DNA from: an uncultured Candidatus Saccharibacteria bacterium
GTDB taxonomy: Bacteria > Patescibacteriota > Minisyncoccia > UBA6257 > UBA9933
NCBI GenBank assembly: GCA_964362385.1
Contig: CAYIEH010000004.1
Coordinates: forward strand, 1 to 33,407
Direction of reading: 5' to 3'
Length of the DNA stretch: 33,407 nt
Shown: positions 1 to 7,321 of the stretch, piece by piece
Layout: each line of letters begins with the position of its first letter
Numbering within the stretch: position 1 is the stretch's first letter
Made by a program: the position numbers and the translations under genes
The notes under the pieces: generated by a model
What the model was told of the DNA's origin: nothing
The model's input: only the letters and a program-made list of their open reading frames with translations
Database searches by the model: none

Positions 1-108
1 GATAAATAAAGAAATCCCCCTTAATTTTAAGATATCCATTATAATAAATTTTACATTTTTTATTAAAAAATAAAAGAGGCTTGTTCTTCAAATAATAAAA
101 AACAAGCC

Positions 109-1011
109 TTAGGTTAATTTTTTGATAATCACCTTCATGTCGCCCGAAATCCAAGCCGCGCAACACGGAATACCTCCGCTATAAACCTGGGTAAACGGGG
201 GGAAAGTAATTGCTTCCACGCCAACAATATGAAAACAATCGCAATTTAAAGATTTTATCTTATTTATAACCTCTGGAGGTGGGCCGGGATATGCTTCATT
301 GAGAATAATATCTCCTTCCCGCAACGCATCCAAATAAAGTCCGATTGTATTGTGCCTCGCCACATTAATTATCATCTTTCTTATTTCTCTTTTCGGCCAT
401 TTGTCATTGCGTCCGGTTAAATCAACGACATAAATATCGGACTTATAAACTGATTTTAATTTATCAACTACCATCTTTCCGATAAATCCCCTACCTCCCA
501 GAACCACGATTGGAATTTTTTCACCAACTCCGATTTTTTTCTTTACCAACTCAACCGCCTCAACAACAATTGAAGCTGTTATATCCGCCTCCGGACTTTT
601 ATCTATTATTTTTCTCTTTGATAATAGCCCGGGTAAAATTCCGGCAAATGTTTTTTCATCTGCGCGAATTAATCGGCGAATTTTTTCCATATGCCGAACC
701 ACTTCTTCCAGTTTTTCCTTATTATCCCTTTTCAAAAATTCTTTTTCTTCCACCACAAAAATAGAGAACATTATTATAATTTTTCCATTTTGCCGCAGAA
801 AACCCGTTAACCTGATTTTCCAACTCCCTATTCTAAACTTGTACGCGTATTCTCTTGCGTACGCGTAATTGGCCGGATAAGACAAAAAAACCGATTTTAT
901 CCATTTTCTTTCATTAAATTTCCCGATTAGCCAAAAAAACCAATTATGGTTAATTAAAAAATTTAATATCTCAAACAACCACAAAAATCTTAAAAAATTA
1001 TTTCCTGCCAT
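109..1011 (-). CDS. Rossmann-fold NAD(P)-binding oxidoreductase-like protein, function unclear
   Basis: 300-aa ORF. Glycine-rich dinucleotide loop VVLGGRGFIGKMV followed by YVVDL. The layout loosely recalls shikimate-DH/acyl-ACP-reductase-like proteins. N-terminus is hydrophobic and the true start is uncertain. Confidence 0.5.
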   Translation of the reverse strand: MAGNNFLRFLWLFEILNFLINHNWFFWLIGKFNERKWIKSVFLSYPANYAYAREYAYKFRIGSWKIRLTGFLRQNGKIIIMFSIFVVEEKEFLKRDNKEKLEEVVRHMEKIRRLIRADEKTFAGILPGLLSKRKIIDKSPEADITASIVVEAVELVKKKIGVGEKIPIVVLGGRGFIGKMVVDKLKSVYKSDIYVVDLTGRNDKWPKREIRKMIINVARHNTIGLYLDALREGDIILNEAYPGPPPEVINKIKSLNCDCFHIVGVEAITFPPFTQVYSGGIPCCAAWISGDMKVIIKKLT

Positions 1012-1185
1012 TTATTTCTCCTCCTTATTAAATTAAAAATGAACTGTAAATTAATAAATTATTTTTGACAGAATAATTTATTTTTTATTTTAATTATTGA
1101 TATTATATGGTATAAATTAAAATATGTCATCTTGCCGCGGCTAAACAAAATAAACAAATCGGCAAGCAGACGATAATTTTTGGCC

Positions 1186-1305
1186 ATGAATAAAATAATT
1201 TTAGAAATCCGCGCTGGAGCGGGCCGCCTTCATAGAATTATGGCGAGCCTCGCCCCTGCCTCTTTATTAATTTATTATTTAACTAAACATCATGGAAAAT
1301 ATTAA
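1186..1305 (+). pseudogene. 39-codon upstream ORF whose first 13 residues ([13 protein letters not shown]) duplicate the N-terminus of the downstream prfA
   Basis: Translated by hand. The peptide matches prfA residues 5-17 ([12 protein letters not shown]) but uses different synonymous codons. It diverges at a GC-rich palindrome (1242-1256) and overlaps the prfA ATG out of frame. Confidence 0.4.
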
Positions 1306-2029
1306 TAAAGTTATTCTTGAAATAAGGGCAGGGGCGGGCGGAGACGAAGCTTCTATTTTTGCCGGAGATTTGGCGCGGATGTACCAAAAATACGCCGCCA
1401 AGCGCGGATGGAAATTCAATATCGTTGACTTCAATCAAACTTCTCTTGAGGGATATAAAACTTTAATAGCCGAACTTGAAGGCGAAAGCGTTTATGAAGA
1501 TTTAAAACAGGAATTCGGCGTTCACAGAATCCAAAGAATTCCCAAAACAGAAAAATCCGGCAGAATCCACACTTCCACCACTTCAGTCGCCGTTATCCCG
1601 GAAGTTGAAGCGAAAGAAATCCAAATAAACCCAAGCGATTTGGAAATTTCTTTTTTCCGTTCTTCCGGAGCCGGCGGCCAAAACGTCAACAAGGTTGAAA
1701 CCGCCGTCAGAATCGTCCATAAGCCGACCGGAGTCATTGCCGCTTCCCAGGCAGGCCGCTCGCAATACGCCAACCGCGAAACCGCGATGAATATGCTTCG
1801 CGCCAGATTATATGAACAAAAACAACTGGAAGAACAAATAAAAATCGGCGCCTTAAGAAAAGAACAAATCGGCACCGCGGACCGCTCCGAAAAAATCAGA
1901 ACTTACAATTTTCCGGATGATAGAATCACCGACCACCGCCTAGGTAAAAAATTTCATAATATTGAACGTATTCTTGACGGGGATCTGGATCCGATAATTA
2001 AATCTTTTAAAAACAGCGATAAAAAATAG
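1292..2029 (+). CDS. prfA: peptide chain release factor 1, N-terminally short form (domains 2-4 only)
   Basis: GGQ motif ([23 protein letters not shown]). RF1-type PxT tripeptide in [17 protein letters not shown]. Starts at the [12 protein letters not shown] block, which lies about 105 residues into E. coli RF1. Confidence 0.85.
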   Translation: MENINKVILEIRAGAGGDEASIFAGDLARMYQKYAAKRGWKFNIVDFNQTSLEGYKTLIAELEGESVYEDLKQEFGVHRIQRIPKTEKSGRIHTSTTSVAVIPEVEAKEIQINPSDLEISFFRSSGAGGQNVNKVETAVRIVHKPTGVIAASQAGRSQYANRETAMNMLRARLYEQKQLEEQIKIGALRKEQIGTADRSEKIRTYNFPDDRITDHRLGKKFHNIERILDGDLDPIIKSFKNSDKK

Positions 2030-2030
2030 T

Positions 2031-2058
2031 CCCATAATTTATATGGGGGCTATTTTTT
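2031..2058 (+). terminator. hairpin plus T-tract after prfA
   Basis: CCCATA/TATGGG stem (2031-2036 / 2042-2047) followed by TATTTTTT. Confidence 0.45.
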
Positions 2059-3535
2059 AAGCGTTTAAAGTAGCTATGTCATCCAAAAAGTCCTGCGCTT
2101 TGGCGATAACAGCCGCGCCATAGCTTGAAAGATATCTGCTCCAGCGCGAACCGGCGTAATATTTTGCGGCCGCAACTTTCGCGCTATAACCCAAACTGTT
2201 AGTAGCTCCGGCATCCTTCAAATAAAGCGCGGTGGCGACAAAAGCGTCTAAATTATTCCAAGGAGACGCGGGGTTATTGCCAGTCAAAAACGCAATCCTT
2301 TCTTGGTACTTCACCCAGGTTGACGGTATAAATTGAGCAGGGCCCAAGCCTCCGCCGTAAGCTCCGTCCTGAGGGATCGGGCATGAAACCGTCACGCTGT
2401 CGGAACTCATATTTAACGACTGGACGATTTGCAGAAATATCGGAATATCTCTTGTCGGATGCATAGTCGTGGGATTGGACGCCTTATCGGGATAATAAGG
2501 ATTTTTATTGTACGCGCATCTGCCTACGTTTTTTCCCAAAGCCGATTCCCTGTCCAACACGGCTAAAATCAAAGCGGGATTCACTCCTGTTTTTTCGGAA
2601 GCGAACTGCGCCAATTTGTACGCGTCTTCAAATTTTATTTCTCCTCCTCCGAGAAGTTCAAAAATTCTGCTTCTGATTTGGGCCGCGGTTTTCTTGGTTT
2701 CCGCCAAAACATTCTGAAATTCCGATTCTTTCCCTTTGGTGATTTTAAGCAAATCATTTTTTTCCTCTTTAGTTTTTTTAATCGCCGTTCTCTGAGACTC
2801 TTGATAAGCCTTTAAACTTATAATGTCTTCTTTCTCCGACGCTAAAATTTCTTTCTGGTCTGAAAGCTGATTTTGAAAATCTTGAAGCTGTTCTAAATTA
2901 ATTCGCAGGCGATCCTGAATATTCGTTAAATTATTAAGTTCGCTGAAAAAATCGGAAATTTTATAATGGGTGAGCAAAATTATCAGAGTTCCCTTACGTT
3001 CATTCTCGTAAATACTTTGGAGAATTCCGGAAATTATAATTTTTTTATCGTTAATCTGATTTCCTGTTAAAACGATTCTTGACTGGGTGGTATCAATATC
3101 ATTATTCACTTTCCCCAGACTTATATTAATTGCCTTGATTTGAAGATTGAGTTTGGCAACTTTATTGTTCAGCAGATTAATTTCCGACTGCAATGTTTTG
3201 CCTTGTTTTTTATACTCGGAAACCTTAACTTCGTACTGACCAATCTGTTTTTCCAGTTCTCCAAGTTGGGCTTCCAAAGATTTCCTTTCTTCGGAAGAAA
3301 GGGTGTTAGCGGCCTGAACGCCGGTGTCTATCGGCGCTAAAACTAAATTAAAGAAAAAAGAGGTGATAAAAAACAAAACTAAAAAAGCGCTTACGAATAA
3401 TTTAATGGGAATTCTTATTAAGCGAGTATAGTTAAGATTAACCTGGGGGGATAGCTTATTAAAGGAGCCGCCTTTCTTTTTTATGTCTATGAGAACTTTT
3501 GGTCTCATATATTTATACAACGAAAAAGTTCGCAA
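2057..3535 (-). CDS. membrane-anchored coiled-coil protein with C-terminal lytic-transglycosylase-like domain
   Basis: N-terminal TM segment and long heptad-like Q/K/E/L-rich region. C-terminus has LAVLDRESALG (E-S catalytic-type motif) and GLGPAQFIPSTW, typical of SLT/MltB-like muramidases. Confidence 0.6.
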   Translation of the reverse strand: MRTFSLYKYMRPKVLIDIKKKGGSFNKLSPQVNLNYTRLIRIPIKLFVSAFLVLFFITSFFFNLVLAPIDTGVQAANTLSSEERKSLEAQLGELEKQIGQYEVKVSEYKKQGKTLQSEINLLNNKVAKLNLQIKAINISLGKVNNDIDTTQSRIVLTGNQINDKKIIISGILQSIYENERKGTLIILLTHYKISDFFSELNNLTNIQDRLRINLEQLQDFQNQLSDQKEILASEKEDIISLKAYQESQRTAIKKTKEEKNDLLKITKGKESEFQNVLAETKKTAAQIRSRIFELLGGGEIKFEDAYKLAQFASEKTGVNPALILAVLDRESALGKNVGRCAYNKNPYYPDKASNPTTMHPTRDIPIFLQIVQSLNMSSDSVTVSCPIPQDGAYGGGLGPAQFIPSTWVKYQERIAFLTGNNPASPWNNLDAFVATALYLKDAGATNSLGYSAKVAAAKYYAGSRWSRYLSSYGAAVIAKAQDFLDDIATLNA

Positions 3536-3546
3536 CTTGCGACATT

Positions 3547-4191
3547 CTATATTTCCGCGCCTTCTTTTTCTTCTTCTTTTGCTTTCTTCTTTTCTTCCGC
3601 TTCAACTTTTACATCTTCAACGCTTACCGGCTTTTCTTCAACCACTTCCTTAACCGGCTCTATGATGGTGGCGACTACGGTTTCAAGGCCTACAAAAATT
3701 TTTACTTTATCGCTGATTTTAAGGTCTCTAACGTAGATATTACTGTGAATTTCTTCAAGTTTGGACAAGTCAACTTCAATATGAGACGGCAGGTCTTTAG
3801 GCAAAGCTTCAACTTCTATTTCTTTCATTGATTTAACCAAAACTCCTCCTTTCTTAACCGCAGGCGATTCGCCGAAAAATTCCAAAGGCGCTTTGGTTTT
3901 AATTTTCTCATCCATCCTGACCGCATAAAAATCTATATTTAAAAATTCGTCAGCCAAAGAATCTTTGGAAACGTCATGAATCAGGGCCGGAATTTTTTCG
4001 CTGTCCAAAACTAAATTAATTACCGTGCTTTCGCCGGCTGTTTTATATAATTTGGAAAAATCCTTTGCCGCAACGGATAAATGAAAATTTTCTTTTCCGT
4101 GTCCGTAAAGCTCGGCAGGAATTAACCCGTTTTTTCTGAGGGTTTTTACTTTTTTACCGAGTATTTCCCGTTGTTGAACAATTAATTCCAT
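3547..4191 (-). CDS. rplY: 50S ribosomal protein L25/Ctc
   Basis: REILGKKVKTLRKNGLIPAELYGHGKENFHLSV N-terminus and acidic/lysine-rich C-terminal tail typical of the Ctc form. Confidence 0.85.
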   Translation of the reverse strand: MELIVQQREILGKKVKTLRKNGLIPAELYGHGKENFHLSVAAKDFSKLYKTAGESTVINLVLDSEKIPALIHDVSKDSLADEFLNIDFYAVRMDEKIKTKAPLEFFGESPAVKKGGVLVKSMKEIEVEALPKDLPSHIEVDLSKLEEIHSNIYVRDLKISDKVKIFVGLETVVATIIEPVKEVVEEKPVSVEDVKVEAEEKKKAKEEEKEGAEI

Positions 4192-4196
4192 AATTT

Positions 4197-4353
4197 ATAC
4201 GAACAGCGAATAAACGCCAATATTACCGAACGTTATTTACGAATATACGAATTTAAGCGTTCGGATACGAAAAGTTTTTATTCGTATCCAAAACCGCCAT
4301 TCAGATATTCGTATTACGGTTTTGGTAATATTCGTCAAATTCGTTGTTCGTAT
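4197..4353. repeat. 157-nt imperfect palindrome filling the fba-rplY intergenic region
   Basis: Outer arms ATACGAACAGCGAAT (4197-4211) and ATTCGTTGTTCGTAT (4339-4353). Central 9-bp hairpin GGATACGAA/TTCGTATCC (4263-4289). Both share the same symmetry centre at about 4275. Confidence 0.7.
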
Positions 4354-4354
4354 A

Positions 4355-5251
4355 TTATATCAGCTTATTAAACAATTTCAAGCGCTTTGACACAACTTTT
4401 TTAACTTCTTCAACCGCGACCGGCAATAATTTATAGGGCACGATTTCTTCGGGATTTTCTTTCAGAGCTTTTTCCAAACCTTGCCGCCACGCCAAACGAA
4501 TTTCAGTATTGATATGAATGATTGAAATTCCGGCGTCAATCGCTTTTGTAAAATCGCTGTCAGTAATGCCGGAGCCGCCGTGCAGAACCAAAGGAATACC
4601 CGAGGCTCTGCGAAGTTCTCCGATACGTTCTATATCCAAAGCGGGATTTGGCGCGTTCTTAAACATCCCGTGAATATTACCCACTGCCGGCGCCAATAAA
4701 TCAATTCCTGTTTCTTCAACAAATTTCTTCGCCTCTTCCGGCTTGGTTAAATCCTCTTTTTTGATAGCCGCGTCTTTGGGAATTTCTTTTAATATAACAG
4801 AGCTGGCGCCGAGATAACCGAGTTCCGCTTCAACTAAAACATCCGGATTTATGCTTTTTGCCAATTCAACCGCCTCTTTGGTTCTTTTAATATTTTCTTC
4901 AAGTGGCAGTTTTCCGGCGTCAAACAGAACCGCGTCAAATCCAGCTTCAACGGCTTCTTTTATTTTTTCCAACGATTTCGTGTGGTCGGAATTCAAAAAT
5001 ATCGGATAATTATATTGTTCTCTTAAACTTTTCACTAAAACCGCAGCTTGTTTATATCCAATAAATCCTGCTTCGCCTTCGGAAACCCCGATAATTACAG
5101 GAATTATGAATCCTGAATTATGAATTATGAAAGAAAGTTCGCGAGCCGCCTCAAAAATTGCTTTCAATCCGGCCAAATCGGAAATATTAAAATGCCCGAT
5201 GGCAACCTTATTTTCTTCCGCTTTTATAATCAGTTGTTTTAAAGATTCCAT
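4355..5251 (-). CDS. fba: class II fructose/ketose-bisphosphate aldolase
   Basis: GHFNISDL, PVIIGVSEG, NSDHTKS and VLHGGSGI motifs of class II aldolases. Confidence 0.85.
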   Translation of the reverse strand: MESLKQLIIKAEENKVAIGHFNISDLAGLKAIFEAARELSFIIHNSGFIIPVIIGVSEGEAGFIGYKQAAVLVKSLREQYNYPIFLNSDHTKSLEKIKEAVEAGFDAVLFDAGKLPLEENIKRTKEAVELAKSINPDVLVEAELGYLGASSVILKEIPKDAAIKKEDLTKPEEAKKFVEETGIDLLAPAVGNIHGMFKNAPNPALDIERIGELRRASGIPLVLHGGSGITDSDFTKAIDAGISIIHINTEIRLAWRQGLEKALKENPEEIVPYKLLPVAVEEVKKVVSKRLKLFNKLI

Positions 5252-5334
5252 TTAAATTTAATTATAACGTATATTCTTGATAAAAATAAGGAGCAGCTCC
5301 CCGCTCCTTATTATTGTCTTATCATCCCGCGAAT

Positions 5335-5604
5335 TTATTGCCTGCCAAAAGGCAGATAACTTTCCATCACCGAGTTTGTTATAAAAGAAATAAAATCGCA
5401 GAGATTGCGAACCAGAAATATCGTTGCCGCAATTACAATTGTGAATGGGACGCTAACAATCATCCAGATCGCCAGAAGGTAAAGCGTTTTTTCCTCTACG
5501 GGTATATAACTAACAACAGTCAGCCCCGCAACAAAACAAAGCGCTACCAGTATGCCTATTACCTTAATAACTGACATATTATTAGTAGCCCTTCTTTCTT
5601 TCAT
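5335..5604 (-). CDS. small two-TM membrane protein, hypothetical
   Basis: 89-aa ORF with two hydrophobic spans. Strong SD AAAGGAGGGAG 5-6 nt upstream of the ATG. Confidence 0.45.
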   Translation of the reverse strand: MKERRATNNMSVIKVIGILVALCFVAGLTVVSYIPVEEKTLYLLAIWMIVSVPFTIVIAATIFLVRNLCDFISFITNSVMESYLPFGRQ

Positions 5605-5713
5605 TTCTCCCTCCTTTCTTAATAAGATATGCCAAAAACCCCAACGGGAAATAACACAGATCGCATATTACATGCCCATCCGGATGCTTCTTGCTACATT
5701 TCGGATATTCCAT
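5582..5713 (-). CDS. 43-aa Cys/His-rich small ORF (MEYPKCSKKHPDGHVICDLCYFPLGFLAYLIKKGGRNERKKGY), hypothetical
   Basis: Hand-translated. Strong SD TAAGGAGGGAAAAAG-ATG. The 3' end overlaps the start of the 89-aa ORF. Below the ORF-track length cutoff. Confidence 0.3.
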   Translation of the reverse strand: MEYPKCSKKHPDGHVICDLCYFPLGFLAYLIKKGGRNERKKGY

Positions 5714-5838
5714 CTTTTTCCCTCCTTATTCACGCTGAACTTTACTGATATTAATCTACCGTATAAAACGTCTTCTGTCAAAATAAAGCACTATAGTTTA
5801 CTATAGTTAAATTTTTTTATATTACAATTAGTTATTTT

Positions 5839-5896
5839 CTCGCCTCACTGAAGCTTCCCGCCAAAGGCGAGACGAGCCATAGGCGGCGGCGAAGCG
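5839..5896. repeat. GC-rich repeat family B copy (CTCGCCTCRCTGAA ... TAGGCGG(CG)GCGAAGCG)
   Basis: Both ends match the copy at 16939-16990. Related sequence lies at 31270-31347. Confidence 0.6.
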
Positions 5897-6149
5897 AACG
5901 ATTTGCCATCAGCTATGCCTAATAACCATCACCCCGCACTAAAATCCCGAAGAAGAATAAATTTTCTACGGGGCAGGCAAGTTTAGTACGAGGCAAGCCC
6001 CGTAGAGCAACGGTGATTAGCATTCATACGAAGCCGTTGTTTTACCTAAGTCGCTTTGTTTTGTGTTTAATCATCGTCAATTTAAATAACATTGGAATGC
6101 GAGTGCTTCGCTATCGCCGTTGTCATACGGGGCAAGCATTTCCCTCTTT

Positions 6150-7208
6150 TTATCCATGTCTTATAACCACAACATCGCCATCCTGAACTTCGTAATCTTT
6201 GCCTTCGGTGCGGATAAAACCTTTTTGTTTTGCCGCGTTCCATGAACCCGCATCCCGCCCCTTTGGGGCGAGGCTCGCCTCTCCAGAGGCGGCAAGTAAT
6301 TTTTCCCAGTTTATCGTTTCCGCGCGGATGAATTTTTTCTCAAAATCGGTATGGATTGTTCCAGCCGCCTCCGGCGCTTTAGCGCCTTTTTTAATGGTCC
6401 ATGCCCGGGTCTCGTCTTCGCCCGTAGTCAAAAAACTTATAAGCCCTAAAACCTGATATGCTTTCTTTACCAAAACATCTACATTATCTAATAACGCAAG
6501 GTCAACAATAATATAATCCGCGCCCAGTTGCTTGGTCTTATCAATAAGATCATTATTTATATCTTCTTCGCTCCCGTTAAAAAGATAAATCTGCGGCTTA
6601 TCAGTTAAAAGATTTAATTCTTTTAACAACGCGGCTTCACGCAGATCAGACGTTGATTCACGCAGAATTTCTGAAACTAATTTTCCATTATTTAATCCTT
6701 CTTTTAATTTTTCGGCAATTTCCAAATCTTTTATTTTATTCTTATCTCCGGTTCTCGCCTCGCCCTCCAATTTCGCCAAACGCTTTTCCACGATGTCCAA
6801 ATCCTTCATTATCAATTCCATATTTATGGTATCAATATCCCTTATCGGATCCACGCCTTGCTCCACGTGAATAATTTCCGATGATTTAAAACACCTCACC
6901 ACTTCCACGATAGCGTCAACTTCCCTGATATGCGACAGGAATTGATTGCCTAATCCTTCGCCTTTATGCGCATTCTTAACCAAGCCCGCGATGTCGTAAA
7001 ATTCCACGACAGCGGGAACGATTTTTTTGGAAGCGCTTAGTTTCGCCAATTTTTCCAGCCGCTCGTCAGGCACGCTAACCACGCCCACATTCGGGTCAAT
7101 GGTGGCAAAAGGGTAATTTGCGATATTAACTTCCTGTTTGGTTAAAATTTTAAAAAGAGTGGACTTGCCCACATTAGGTAAGCCCACAATGCCGATACTT
7201 AATTTCAT
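6150..7208 (-). CDS. ychF: ribosome-binding ATPase YchF
   Basis: GIVGLPNVGKSTLF P-loop, NYPFATIDPNVG, C-terminal TGS-like IHTDFEKKFIRAE ... EGKDYEVQDGDVV. Confidence 0.9.
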   Translation of the reverse strand: MKLSIGIVGLPNVGKSTLFKILTKQEVNIANYPFATIDPNVGVVSVPDERLEKLAKLSASKKIVPAVVEFYDIAGLVKNAHKGEGLGNQFLSHIREVDAIVEVVRCFKSSEIIHVEQGVDPIRDIDTINMELIMKDLDIVEKRLAKLEGEARTGDKNKIKDLEIAEKLKEGLNNGKLVSEILRESTSDLREAALLKELNLLTDKPQIYLFNGSEEDINNDLIDKTKQLGADYIIVDLALLDNVDVLVKKAYQVLGLISFLTTGEDETRAWTIKKGAKAPEAAGTIHTDFEKKFIRAETINWEKLLAASGEASLAPKGRDAGSWNAAKQKGFIRTEGKDYEVQDGDVVVIRHG

Positions 7209-7217
7209 AATTTATTT

Positions 7218-7245
7218 ATTCTATCGCCTTATCAGGCATTGTCAA
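7218..7245 (-). promoter_or_regulatory. sigma70-like promoter abutting the ychF start (TTGACA-16-TAGAAT, 9 nt to ATG)
   Basis: Read on the minus strand: -35 at 7245-7240, -10 at 7223-7218, ATG at 7208. No SD. Confidence 0.4.
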
Positions 7246-7282
7246 AATAAAAATGGCAGGGATGGTTTTCCGTCCCTGCCAT
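7240..7282 (-). terminator. intrinsic terminator after the PRTase gene
   Basis: 10-bp stem ATGGCAGGGA/TCCCTGCCAT (7253-7262 / 7273-7282), followed on the minus strand by TTTTATTTT. Confidence 0.6.
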
Positions 7283-7321
7283 TAACGAAAATACTTATTA
7301 ACTTTTGTCCGGCACTGCCAA

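Noticed and set aside
5314-5806. Plus-strand ORFs 5314-5574 and 5552-5806
   Set aside because: They are antisense to the SD-led small ORF pair, have no start signals and are low complexity.
5815-6149. RNase P RNA, SRP RNA or a tRNA in the GC-rich spacer
   Set aside because: I could not find the GGAAAGTCC (P4), GGAA/AGCA SRP domain IV or GTTCRANYC T-loop signatures on either strand. It is left as an unclassified region in the findings.
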